From assembly GCA_041650335.1 (NCBI GenBank), contig JBAZLK010000002.1, positions 41,818 to 105,817 of the forward strand: a stretch of DNA of 64,000 nt. The letters are read 5' to 3'. The notes under the pieces were generated by a model that saw only the letters and a program-made list of their open reading frames with translations, was not told where the DNA came from and made no database searches. Made by a program: the position numbers and the translations under genes. Each line of letters begins with the position of its first letter. The first letter of the stretch is position 1. The DNA is from Patescibacteria group bacterium (GTDB taxonomy: Bacteria > Patescibacteriota > Patescibacteriia > JAHIZJ01). Below, piece after piece: positions 33,279-43,300 of the stretch.

Positions 33279-33973
33279 GGTTGTATGTACGTTATGCCAG
33301 AGACAACGACGACAAACTCGCCGCGGACATGGTCAGGCTGAGCCTGGAAATATTTACGACACTCGGCAATCGGGCCACGCCAGCATTCTTCGAATTTCTT
33401 GGTCAGTTCGCGGGCCACGAAAACGATTCGATCCGGTGCCAGCATCTCGCCTAAGGAATCAAGTGTCTTCATAAACCGATGCGGCGATTCGTAAAAAATA
33501 ACCGTTTCTTCGCTCTCGGCAATGCGACGGAAGAGCGTTTCGCGCCCTTTTTTATGGGGCAAAAAACCCAGAAAGGTAAAACGATCAGTTGGCAAACCAC
33601 TCGCGCTGGCTGCGACCGTCAGCGCCGACGCTCCAGGAACAGCTTCGATGCGAACCGCCGAACCAAGTTTGCGGTTAACGTATTCAACCAGCACGTTCCC
33701 GGGATCGGAAATGCCAGGCGTGCCCGCGTCGGAAACGAGAGCGATTTTTTCACCCTGACGGAGATATTCCACGATGTCATCCAGCCGCTCGATGCGACTG
33801 TGCTGGTGGTAACTGAGCAGCGGTTTGTCGATTTGAAAATGTGACAAGAGTTTTCTTGTCACCCGCGTGTCCTCGCAGAGAATGCGATCAGCTTCCCGCA
33901 ATATCCGTATCGCCCGAAGACTCGTGTCTTCCAAATTGCCGATCGGCGTGGCCACAACAAAAAGCGTGCCCAT
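33275..33973 (-). CDS. rsmI: 16S rRNA (cytidine1402-2'-O)-methyltransferase
   Basis: Tetrapyrrole-methylase-fold N-terminus LFVVATPIGNLEDTSLRAIRIL. Confidence 0.88.
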   Translation of the reverse strand: MGTLFVVATPIGNLEDTSLRAIRILREADRILCEDTRVTRKLLSHFQIDKPLLSYHQHSRIERLDDIVEYLRQGEKIALVSDAGTPGISDPGNVLVEYVNRKLGSAVRIEAVPGASALTVAASASGLPTDRFTFLGFLPHKKGRETLFRRIAESEETVIFYESPHRFMKTLDSLGEMLAPDRIVFVARELTKKFEECWRGPIAECRKYFQAQPDHVRGEFVVVVSGITYIQP

Positions 33974-33976
33974 GGG

Positions 33977-35038
33977 TCATTCCGAGTCAGGCTCAAGCGC
34001 GTTATCTTTGTCGCGTTGCTTGCCGAAAAAATCGCTCATGAGCACCTGAATAATCGCCGCTGTCGGGATAGCTAAGATAACGCCGAAAAATCCGCCGAGC
34101 CGACCACCGATCAGCATGGCAATAATGACCACAATAGGATTCAGGCCGACGGCCTTCTGCATCACCTTCGGCACGATTAAATTGTTTTCTAATTGTTGTA
34201 CGAGAATATAGAGAATGAGGACGAGCAACGCTTTTATCGGCGACTGGGCAAAGCTTAAAAACAAGGCGGGTATGGCGCTGATAATCGGTCCAATCATCGG
34301 CACCGCTTCAAGAAGACCGGCGATCAAGGCCAGGACGAGGGCATATTTCACGCCGAGGATCGACAGACCGATATAGCTCATCAAGAAAATAATGAAGCAG
34401 AGCAACAATTGTCCCCGTAACCAGGAACCGAGTTTCGAGACAATGCGATTCCCAAGGTGCGTCAGATAGGGCTGGTACTGCGTCGGCGATATGGAATGGA
34501 GCGACTTCTTCCAGCCGTCGCGTTCCAGTGTCAGGTAAAATGCAATGACCATAATGCTCAAGAATGACGCAAAGCCGCCGAATATGCTGATCAAGCTCGA
34601 AAAGACTCCGGACGCCGCCTGGCTCAAGCCTTTGTTTATCTGCTCAAGCGATGACTGGATACTCGCCACCACCGCACTATCGGCGTTTGATGTTTGGAGC
34701 GCTTTAAACCCTTGAACAATCTTGTTGTAATAATTTGGAAAAGCCGAGATAATTGCACCAATCTGTTCAGTCAACGGTGGAATGATCAGCGCCACAATCA
34801 GGCCAAAAACGCCGAGAAAAATCGCATACAGGATGGCTGTGCCGAGAACGCGCGGTACTTTTCGGTCCTGGAGCCAATCAACCCAGGGCGAAATGCCGGC
34901 CATAATGATCAAGGCCACGTACAGAATGCCAACAACGTTTCGGATCGTAAAAACGAACCAAATCGCAATAATAATAAGAATTACCTTAAAAATCGAGCCG
35001 GTTGAAATCGTAATCGTGGTTTTGTCTTTTTCCGCCAT
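33977..35038 (-). CDS. AI-2E family transporter (UPF0118)
   Basis: 353 aa; about eight TM helices; AI-2E/PerM-family sequence. Confidence 0.8.
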   Translation of the reverse strand: MAEKDKTTITISTGSIFKVILIIIAIWFVFTIRNVVGILYVALIIMAGISPWVDWLQDRKVPRVLGTAILYAIFLGVFGLIVALIIPPLTEQIGAIISAFPNYYNKIVQGFKALQTSNADSAVVASIQSSLEQINKGLSQAASGVFSSLISIFGGFASFLSIMVIAFYLTLERDGWKKSLHSISPTQYQPYLTHLGNRIVSKLGSWLRGQLLLCFIIFLMSYIGLSILGVKYALVLALIAGLLEAVPMIGPIISAIPALFLSFAQSPIKALLVLILYILVQQLENNLIVPKVMQKAVGLNPIVVIIAMLIGGRLGGFFGVILAIPTAAIIQVLMSDFFGKQRDKDNALEPDSE

Positions 35039-35082
35039 AGTCGCTTCTTAGTATACTAAAAATGTGTCTTCTCGGCAATTTT

Positions 35083-36360
35083 TTACAGCACGTTGTTCAC
35101 AACGCGTTTAAGAGGCTGGGTTTTGCGAATCGGGCCAATCGTGGCCAAATTGAAAAACGGTTTCCGGAATAGGCGTTGGGCCAGCCGTTTCAGCGCCGGT
35201 GCTGTGACGGCATTGATCTTGGCTAAACGTTCTTCGGGCGTTTCAACCTTTCGAAGCAGCGCCTCCTGCCGGCCGTACCACGAGGCGAGGTGGCTTGAAT
35301 CCTCAAGCTCGAGGATCATTTTGCCGCGCACAAACTGTTTGGCCTTCGCCAGCTCGGCGTCCGTAACGCCGGTGCGTTTTACTTTCTGTAATTCTTGGAG
35401 AATTGCCGTGACTGCCAGAGTAAGCCTCGTTTTATCAACACCGGCCTGGACGCAGAAGGCCCCGGTATCCTCATACGGGTTAACGCTCGCATGGATAAAA
35501 TAGGCCAAGCCCTGCCGCTCCCGGATCGAGATAAAGAGACGCGAGCTCATGTTGCCGCCGAGGATGATGCTCAAAAGCTCGAGCGCCGGTAGGTCGTGGT
35601 CCGTGTATGACAGCGCCGGAAAGCCGAGGCAAAGTTGGACTTGCTCGGTTTTTTTGTATTGCACGGTGAGCCGCGGCTGCTGCTGACGTCGACGAAACTG
35701 CGCCACTGCGCCGGCTGGACGGCCACGCCGCCAGGAGCCGAAGAACTTAATGATTTGCTTTTTGACGTCGCCGTCAACCGGCCCAGCGACAACCACCACT
35801 GCGTTCCGAGCGGTGTAATACTGGCTGAAGTAATCGACCACGCTTGACCGTTGCAAGGTGCGGATATTCGCCCGTGAACCGGCAATCAGACGGCCGAGCG
35901 GGTGATATTTCCCAAAAACCGTTTGTTCAAAGAGGTCCTCGACATACATCAAGGGGTTGTCCTCATACATGTTTATTTCTTCGACGATGACGCCCTTTTC
36001 GCGTTGAACTTCAGCCGGATCGAATTTTGAGCTGAGCACCATGTCAGACAAGACGTCCAGGGCCAGTTTAATCTTCGAGCGATGGATTTTTATATAGTAG
36101 GCAGTGTGATCCTTCGAGGTAAAGGCGTTATATTCGGCGCCCACCTGATCGAGCGCTTTTGATATTTCGAGCGTGGACGGACGCTTTTTTGTGCCCTTGA
36201 ACATCATGTGCTCGAGAAAATGAGAAATGCCGTTCAGCCGGGGCGTTTCACACCGAGAACCGACTTTTACCACAACAAAAACGGTGATGGCCTCAGAGCC
36301 GGGCCGTGGCACCGTGAGAACGCGTAAGCCGTTTTTAAGAACGGTCTTTTTATATTTCAT
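35083..36360 (-). CDS. M16-family (pitrilysin/insulinase-like) zinc peptidase
   Basis: Inverted zinc-binding motif HFLEHMMFKGT (HxxEH). Confidence 0.85.
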   Translation of the reverse strand: MKYKKTVLKNGLRVLTVPRPGSEAITVFVVVKVGSRCETPRLNGISHFLEHMMFKGTKKRPSTLEISKALDQVGAEYNAFTSKDHTAYYIKIHRSKIKLALDVLSDMVLSSKFDPAEVQREKGVIVEEINMYEDNPLMYVEDLFEQTVFGKYHPLGRLIAGSRANIRTLQRSSVVDYFSQYYTARNAVVVVAGPVDGDVKKQIIKFFGSWRRGRPAGAVAQFRRRQQQPRLTVQYKKTEQVQLCLGFPALSYTDHDLPALELLSIILGGNMSSRLFISIRERQGLAYFIHASVNPYEDTGAFCVQAGVDKTRLTLAVTAILQELQKVKRTGVTDAELAKAKQFVRGKMILELEDSSHLASWYGRQEALLRKVETPEERLAKINAVTAPALKRLAQRLFRKPFFNLATIGPIRKTQPLKRVVNNVL

Positions 36361-37673
36361 GACAGCTTCTCGCTTATAATCGCGAATAATTCTGCCAGCG
36401 CGACGCGTTCCTGCTTCATGCTGTCACGGTCACGGATGGTGACTTTTTTATCGTCGAGGGTGTCAAAATCAACCGTCACGCAAAAAGGCGTACCGATCTC
36501 GTCCTGGCGGCGGTAGCGCCGGCCGATCGAAGCCACGTCGTCGTACGCGCACGTGAATTTATTCTTAAGTTCATCGAAAATTTTCAACGCCGCCGCCGCT
36601 AACGGTTCTTTTTTCGACAACGGCAGGATTGCCACTTTAATCGGCGCTAAACTTTTGTGGAGATGCAGGACGACTTCCTTGTCTTTATTGCTTTCGGTCG
36701 TGGTTGTCCGGCCGCCCTCGATCTCGTCGTAGGCGTCCAGTAAGAACGCCAGGGCTGACCGTTCCACGCCGAAGGAGGGTTCAATAACGTATGGCACAAA
36801 TTCTTCCTTTTCATCCTTATATTTCAGGCCGTGCGCCTTGAGATCAAAATCCGTCCGGTTGGCGATGCCCATGAGCTCGCCCCAGCCCTTGTCAAACGGC
36901 CAGTTATATTCAACATCGACTGTCTCTTTCGCGTAATGGGCCAGTTCGTCTTTCGCCTGTTTATGTTCGCGAATGTTTCCTTTTCTAATGCCGAGATCGC
37001 GAAACCATTTCACGCTATCGGCCACAAGGGTTTTAAACCATTTGTCATCTTCGCCCGGCTTCACAAAATATTCCAGCTCCATCTGTTCAAATTCGCGCGT
37101 CCGGAAAATAAAATTGCCCGGCGTGATTTCGTTCCGGAAGGCTTTGCCGATCTGGGCAATGCCAAACGGCACCTTCATTCGTGAACTTTGGACGACGTTT
37201 TCGAAATTAATGAAGATATTTTGAGCGGTCTCGGGTCGCAAGTACGCCGTTGAGCCGGTGTTTTCCACCGGACCGACAAAGGTTCTGAACATCAGATTAA
37301 AATCCTTCGCTGATTCAAAATCTTTCTGACCGCAATCAGGGCATTCCAGGGTTGCCACCAGATCGTCCTGTTTGAACCGGTGATGGCAGTTTTTGCACTC
37401 GACGAGCTTGTCCGAAAATCCGACGAGGTGGCCGCTTTTTTCCCAAACTTTTGGATTGGTAATGATCGCGCTGTCCAAGCCGACCACATCGCGCCGTTCC
37501 TGGACAAAGCGCTGCCACCAGACCCGCTTAATATTGTTTTTCAGCTCAACGCCGAGCGGACCCCAATCCCAAAAACCGCCGAGCCCGCCGTATTTTTCCG
37601 CGGTCGGAAAAATAAAGCCCCGGCGCTTAGCCAATGACACCAATTTCTCCATTAATACCTTGTCTCTTGACAT
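36357..37673 (-). CDS. glyQS: glycine--tRNA ligase (alpha2 dimeric type)
   Basis: 438 aa; class II GlyRS N-terminus RGFIFPTAEKYGGLGGFWDWGPLG; insertion domain with CxxC. Confidence 0.92.
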   Translation of the reverse strand: MSRDKVLMEKLVSLAKRRGFIFPTAEKYGGLGGFWDWGPLGVELKNNIKRVWWQRFVQERRDVVGLDSAIITNPKVWEKSGHLVGFSDKLVECKNCHHRFKQDDLVATLECPDCGQKDFESAKDFNLMFRTFVGPVENTGSTAYLRPETAQNIFINFENVVQSSRMKVPFGIAQIGKAFRNEITPGNFIFRTREFEQMELEYFVKPGEDDKWFKTLVADSVKWFRDLGIRKGNIREHKQAKDELAHYAKETVDVEYNWPFDKGWGELMGIANRTDFDLKAHGLKYKDEKEEFVPYVIEPSFGVERSALAFLLDAYDEIEGGRTTTTESNKDKEVVLHLHKSLAPIKVAILPLSKKEPLAAAALKIFDELKNKFTCAYDDVASIGRRYRRQDEIGTPFCVTVDFDTLDDKKVTIRDRDSMKQERVALAELFAIISEKLS

Positions 37674-37693
37674 ATTATTGAAAATAGTATAAT
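37667..37693 (+). promoter_or_regulatory. candidate promoter for the 37760 ORF
   Basis: TTGACA-15 nt-TATAAT. The 15-nt spacer is shorter than optimal. The -35 overlaps the glyQS start codon. Confidence 0.35.
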
Positions 37694-37759
37694 CTACCTG
37701 CGTTAGATGTAGAAGTTGACTAACCTGAAACGGAACGAACCTTAGGAAGGGGCAAAAAG

Positions 37760-38023
37760 ATGGACTACGTTCTCATGACCGTCGTCGATGAACGCGACCA
37801 GACCCTTTCTGGTCCGCTCCCAACTGCTTCTCTTCCCAGCCGCGGAGAAATCGTCCACGGATGCGGCCGGATCATCTCGATCCAGACCTTTCCCGGAACA
37901 CCGACACATGTCAGGGTGAAGGTCGCAACCCATCCGCTCGTCTGCTACACCGTCTATCAGCTGACACTCCTCGATGAGCACAACAACCCCTTTGTTCTGA
38001 ACGTACCCCTCTGCTTCAACTAG
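37760..38023 (+). CDS. hypothetical 87-aa protein (island gene)
   Basis: SD GGAAGGGG 7 nt before the ATG. A strong intrinsic terminator follows. G+C is clearly higher than the flanks. The antisense ORF 37742..38167 is Arg-rich junk. Confidence 0.55.
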   Translation: MDYVLMTVVDERDQTLSGPLPTASLPSRGEIVHGCGRIISIQTFPGTPTHVRVKVATHPLVCYTVYQLTLLDEHNNPFVLNVPLCFN

Positions 38024-38052
38024 CCGAGGTGATTGCGCGCGCGGCCTCGTTG

Positions 38053-38111
38053 CTGCGCCCCGCCGGGCTTTCTGAGCCTTGCACCCCCGAGGTCTTTCAG
38101 AAACGCCCGGT
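38053..38111 (+). terminator. rho-independent terminator
   Basis: Nested stem CCGGGC/TTTCTGA...TCAGAAA/GCCCGG followed by TTTTTCTTTTT. Confidence 0.6.
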
Positions 38112-38213
38112 TTTTCTTTTTGCAAAAAACTCCAGCTTATTATAGCTGATTTTAATATAATTCGCAAACATTTTTATTATCAGCGGGGTAAATGAAAAAG
38201 CCCGAGCTGACGC

Positions 38214-38402
38214 TCAGGCGCGAGGCGGTGCCGGTCTATCCGTCCACCGTCCCTGTTTGTGATACCCGCAACTACTGCACTGGATGACCAAGTCGCCGCC
38301 CGCAAGTCGGGTACAACCGGCTGTGCTGCGGCAATCCGGGCATTCCACCAGACAATTGCGTGCTTCCCGATCCGCAAACTGATGCTCGATGTAGGCGGCC
38401 AT
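38214..38402 (-). CDS. 62-aa four-Cys zinc-ribbon protein (hypothetical)
   Basis: CPDC...(21 aa)...CSSC. Its ATG begins 1 nt after the TGA of the upstream 428-aa gene (TGAaATG), so likely translationally coupled. Confidence 0.45.
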   Translation of the reverse strand: MAAYIEHQFADREARNCLVECPDCRSTAGCTRLAGGDLVIQCSSCGYHKQGRWTDRPAPPRA

Positions 38403-38403
38403 T

Positions 38404-39690
38404 TCAGGATCGAGCTGCCGCCTCAGGTCCAGGCAAATCCTCATGTCCCGCCCTCCTGTCTGCCATTTCCGTGAGGTTGCCGGTCAGTTTCTGCGAGGAC
38501 TGCTTCAGCAATTCCCGGGCATCTGACAGCGTGCTCCGATCACGCGCCCGCACAAGCGCCTGTGCCTCGCTGACCAGGGAAATCGCGTCTGCCGTCACCG
38601 GCTGGGCAAAACCGGTTTCGTCGATCTGCCTGAGCAACTGGAGGCTGTGCTCAAGCTGTCGTTCTGCCGTGACCCAACCGAATGAGCGTTTCTTCTCGAG
38701 TAGAGCCCGGTGCATCAGATAGATGACGCGTTCGATCACGATCTGCGCTTGTTTCAGCCGAGCCGACATGAGCGAGCGGCTGGCTAACTGCCGATACTCA
38801 GCGAGACTGCCGCCGATCAAGCACTCGGCGCCGGTCCGCAGTTCCCCACTGATGTACCGGGCATTGACAACATACGGCCGGAAGTCGATGCCATCAAGCT
38901 CCTGGGCCAGAATGAGCTGGTAGTGGTGGATCCGCCGGACATCCCGCCGATCTGCCGAGGCAAAGGCGGACGGCTGAACCACCAGCTCGAGGTAGTCCGT
39001 CAGCCGGCCGAATACATAGTTGGCCCAGCAGATGAGGTTCAGGAACACCTTTTCCCGCATGGCCACCACCGGTTCGATTCGCATGATCGCCTGCATGAGT
39101 CGCTCTTCGGTCAGATCCATGAGCTTCAGCGTTTGAGCCAGCAGCGCGCCTTCATTCGGACGCCCACGGCTGTCCCGGGCCTCACTCATCCGACCCAAGA
39201 TATCGAGGATATCCCGTTTCGGCAGACTGCGCGGCCGCTGCATTCCCGGTTTCTGGAGGATCTGTCGGGCGATCGGTCGCAACCGGGCGGCGTACTCATC
39301 GGCATTGTTCCAGCGCAAGCCGACCACGGCGCGATTCAACGCCTGAGCCAGATCTCTGACTTCCAGGATGGTCAGCTTCTCGCCTTGACCAAGCGTCAGA
39401 CCGTACTGGGCCAGGACGGCCAGTACCTGGCGAAAGGCCTTGTACGAGCCGTCAACCAGCTGGAAGCGGAGGTGTTCCGGTTTCCAGCGGTAGCGCCGGC
39501 GGCGATTGGCGATCAGCTCATCGAGAACTTCTTCCCAGCGCGGCACGGCGATGAACCCGCCAAACTGAACGGGCTGAGTTACGATCGCAATGTCTGAGCC
39601 GAAAACGTCGACGCGACCGGTGATATCCGCCGGCCGATCCTTCACATAGACCCGAATCGGCAATACCGAGTCACTTCCAATCGGACGCAT
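38404..39690 (-). CDS. hypothetical 428-aa Arg/Leu/Ala-rich protein (island gene, no recognisable domain)
   Basis: Long clean ORF. SD GGGAGG 5 nt before the ATG. Consensus promoter upstream. High G+C. No Walker, HExxH or recombinase motifs. There is one RRDVRRIHH segment (Rx6H; HEPN-like match is speculative). Confidence 0.75.
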   Translation of the reverse strand: MRPIGSDSVLPIRVYVKDRPADITGRVDVFGSDIAIVTQPVQFGGFIAVPRWEEVLDELIANRRRRYRWKPEHLRFQLVDGSYKAFRQVLAVLAQYGLTLGQGEKLTILEVRDLAQALNRAVVGLRWNNADEYAARLRPIARQILQKPGMQRPRSLPKRDILDILGRMSEARDSRGRPNEGALLAQTLKLMDLTEERLMQAIMRIEPVVAMREKVFLNLICWANYVFGRLTDYLELVVQPSAFASADRRDVRRIHHYQLILAQELDGIDFRPYVVNARYISGELRTGAECLIGGSLAEYRQLASRSLMSARLKQAQIVIERVIYLMHRALLEKKRSFGWVTAERQLEHSLQLLRQIDETGFAQPVTADAISLVSEAQALVRARDRSTLSDARELLKQSSQKLTGNLTEMADRRAGHEDLPGPEAAARS

Positions 39691-39744
39691 GTTATCCTCC
39701 CTCTTCCAGGTTCGCGGTGTTTCTATCGTTTCATCCGAAGACCT

Positions 39745-39773
39745 ATCATAGGAATACCCGACACTTTTGTCAA
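39745..39773 (-). promoter_or_regulatory. consensus sigma70 promoter of the 428-aa gene
   Basis: Minus-strand TTGACA-17 nt-TATGAT, about 55 nt upstream of the ATG. Confidence 0.6.
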
Positions 39774-39786
39774 GGTTTATGAATTA

Positions 39787-39821
39787 CAAGCGAGGCCGGT
39801 TTCGACCTCGCTTGTTTCTCT
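39787..39821. repeat. perfect 9-bp inverted repeat hairpin at the island boundary
   Basis: CAAGCGAGG-ccggtttcga-CCTCGCTTG followed on the plus strand by TTTCTCT. Confidence 0.7.
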
Positions 39822-39837
39822 ATAAAAACGATGTGTC

Positions 39838-40215
39838 CTAGAGTGTTGAGTTCACCGCTAAGGCTGAGACTAAGCCCATGATAAAGCCAAACGCAAACGA
39901 GATAATGAGCACGACAATGCCGACCTTATCAAGAAGCTTTTGGCGTTTTTCAAACGCTGCAAAGTCTGACCAGTTACCTTTTTCCCAGGACATTTTCCGG
40001 CCGCGGATGATGCCGCGAATCCAAATGTACAGATTGACAATCGGAACGAGCGATAAGAGGGCGTCGATCATCAAACCGCTGGCGAGAAAATAGATCAGCC
40101 CGAGACTAAAGGCGCCGAATGAGCCGCGTCCGATAAACGCCGCCTGTTCCGGTGTTACCGTTTTTGCCGCCGGAGCCGGTGGCGTGGGGACGGTCCCCGC
40201 TGGTTGGTTTTCCAT
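39838..40215 (-). CDS. membrane protein (hypothetical)
   Basis: 125 aa; Pro/Ala-rich N-terminus then three TM helices. Confidence 0.55.
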   Translation of the reverse strand: MENQPAGTVPTPPAPAAKTVTPEQAAFIGRGSFGAFSLGLIYFLASGLMIDALLSLVPIVNLYIWIRGIIRGRKMSWEKGNWSDFAAFEKRQKLLDKVGIVVLIISFAFGFIMGLVSALAVNSTL

Positions 40216-40393
40216 GTTTGTTTCATTATTAATTACCTATTTAATAAGTTTATTATCTTTTCATCTTCTATCGCCAACTCATACGTCGCTGCCGTCGCGA
40301 GAAATGTTTCTATGACAAGACCCTGATTACTACTGGCTTTTACTTTTGCGTTGTTCCCAATTTCATAAATATGTCTTTATTTTAATAATCTCT

Positions 40394-43300
40394 CTACCCG
40401 TCCGGACCTTCCGGTTCAGGCGGTTTGCCGCCGTTCCCTGTGATCTCTTCGAGCTTCAGATCATCGCACCAGATCTCACCGGTTCCAGCCGTACTTGACT
40501 GAAGCGGAGTATGATAACACATGACTCTGACGTAGTGGGCGTTCGGATTATCAGCATTTAGGGTGTATGTAATATATTCCCAATCCGTGTTGCCGGAAAC
40601 CTTGGTAACATCAGCTAACGGAACATTCAGGCCGCAACTTGCCCAGATATTGCCGTGGCCGGAGTCCAGGCACTCGGCAGCTATCGTACCGAAACATTGA
40701 TCGTCCCAACAACTTGATCTTACATAGCCGGAAAGCTTGTATTGCTTGCCTGGTATAATGTGCAGGTCTTGCGCAACAAAGGCATGCAGTCCGCTGTCAG
40801 CTGTTTTTTGGATCTTCAACGACTTGGTACCCCAATGACCTACTGTATTATCGATAATTCCGGGCCAGGCACTTTGTTCCCAGCCATCAGGCAGCCTATC
40901 GCCGAACGTGGCGTTGTCATTGGCATAGCCTGAATAGAAATCAGTGCCATAATCCCATTCAAAGCTTTGATTGCGAATGTTCAATCCTACCGGTAGTATT
41001 CTGAACTGACTGTCGCTAACATCATAAACAGTGTCGCTATTCATGAGCAGCTTGATGCTGTAACCATCCGATTGATTATCTATTTGATTTGTGTGCCAGA
41101 GATAGCGGCCATCATTGGCCGTTCCTGAAGTAATGGTTCTGAGATACACTGGGCCTTGTGATTGTTGTAGGTATTGTAGCGTGACTGTGCCCAGACACCG
41201 TCCTGGCCGTTCCCAGCGGATCACCATCGGGTCGCCCCGAAGTGGTGCTTCACCGCCGTTCGGCGAAACCAGCTGCGGCGCGCAGGCATGTGAATCGATC
41301 ACGCCGAATGGTTGATATTCCCAATCCGTAATTCTGATCTGCCGTAAACCGACATAGTAGACTTTATCATTTGGTAAACCGTCAATATACCGGTTGAAAT
41401 ACCCGCCGGGCGGAAAGTTCGGACCATCGAGAGGTGGAAGAGAAAGATTTGTAGCTTGAGCAAACCACTCGTCATTTGATTGATAGGGTGTTTCGGAATA
41501 TTTCAGTTCAGCCTGTTCCGGCGGCCCATTTGAGTCAACAGCCAGCCGGAGCATGTTCCAGACTCCGCCATGTTCCTCGGGCATCTGAAGATCCAGCCAA
41601 CCGCCATTGACATCAGTGAGAAGTTCCTCCAACCGCGGCCAGCGCTGGCCATTATCAAGTTCGTTGGATTCGGGAATTGTATTATCCGGATCAACCATCA
41701 CCAAAAGGACGCCCTGTTGATCTGGCATCGTAAAACTACGCCGGAACGTAAACGTTGTTGATGATTTTGACAACTGGACGGGGAATCGGTCGACCTGCAG
41801 CCAGCTATTAGGGTATTCCCAGGCATCATAGGGGACGATGTATACACCAACATCAAAATTAGCCACACTGACTCCATTGTGCCCGGTTGTTGCCTCATAA
41901 TATACTGACTCCCCAATCGGGATGAATTGTTCCCAGCATTGACCAGTAAGATTCTGTAAACAATCAACCCTTGTCATTTCGGTATCTGCCCCGTAAAATC
42001 TCCAATTTGAAGAATACAAATTTACTACTGGCGGGTCTTGTGCATTGAGAAGGCCAAGATTGTACTCATCCGTTCCCCAAACTTTAGGAAATGGGTTGGC
42101 CTCTACTGTCATGACTGAAAGATTGCCTGCTACATGATCAAGGCCAAGTGCATGACCAATTTCATGGAGAACAACTGCTTTATAGTTCATGTATGAAACA
42201 TCACTACCTTGTTCTATCCGTTCGATGAAATCTTGTCCATAATTTTCAGACCACTGGATACTATTATTAATGGCAATCACAGCGGCTAATATATCCCCGG
42301 AGGTACTAAGTTCACAGGACGTTTTTCCGATTGCATCATCCTCGAATATATTTGAGGTAATATTACATGAGGTATCGTATTCGCTGCAGTCAGCGTCGTC
42401 ATCGCACCAAGTATTTTCATCACTGCCACAATGCCCGAATTCCCGCATATTGCCTATTAGCACGGTCCCTTCGCCCAGAAAAAACGGAGCAACTCCCATT
42501 CCATCATCATTCATAAATGGGTCAACCCATAGATCATCTTCGCGCACGGTGGTTAGCGAGATGGATGCATTTGCTCGAGACCAATCATCCGCCGAGGACT
42601 GAACGGCGCTATAACGAGTATCCTCGTCAACAAAGCTATGATTCGTATGAATTTCCATAATTGAATCCGCCCATTTTCCATCGCATGATAATTCTACGCC
42701 GGGTGAATCTTGTATTGACGCGAGAGTGGGAAGATCTACTCCTGCAATGCCATCGAGCGCTTCACTCGACTCGATATTAAATATACGTCCCACCTGTTCG
42801 ACAAATTTTGTAAGAGGAACTGGTTGTGCAATAGCTTTTATTCTTCCAGATCCAAACTCAAACGGTTTCCCCTGATTATTCAAAACGACGGCCTGGTTTT
42901 GGTTATCTTTTCCAACGCGATATATTCCCTTTCCCCGATCCGCAAAAGGAGAGGTGCTACCCCTATCAGCCAAAAACAGTACGTCGACGTCGCCAGTTTT
43001 TATAACCGGCATACCATTGATAGCAATTGTTCGTCCATTGTTTAATGTTCCACCAGTGTGTGTAATGGTGATTGTTTCGCCTTGCTTCGCGTCTCCCAAA
43101 ATCGGAGATAACACTTCAATATCATACTCGGTCCGGGCTGACTCTTGGGGTGTGGGTGTCGGAAGCTGAACAATGACGTTCCGTTTATCTGTCACGCGAC
43201 CGAGAACGATGCTCTTGGTATCAGCGACAAGGTCGATGAAGTCTTTTTGTCCCTGTGCGACTTGCTGCTGCTCGGACATTGTCATCTTTCCCGTCAGCAC

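Noticed and set aside
37742-38167. 141-aa minus-strand ORF overlapping the 87-aa island ORF
   Set aside because: It is Arg/Gly-rich and low-complexity. It has no SD. The plus-strand ORF has an SD and a terminator, so the plus-strand reading is preferred.
38259-38474. 71-aa plus-strand ORF overlapping the zinc-ribbon ORF
   Set aside because: It has no start-site signals and no motif. The overlapping minus-strand frame gives a clean CPxC...CxxC zinc ribbon starting 1 nt after the upstream stop. Ranking remains somewhat uncertain.
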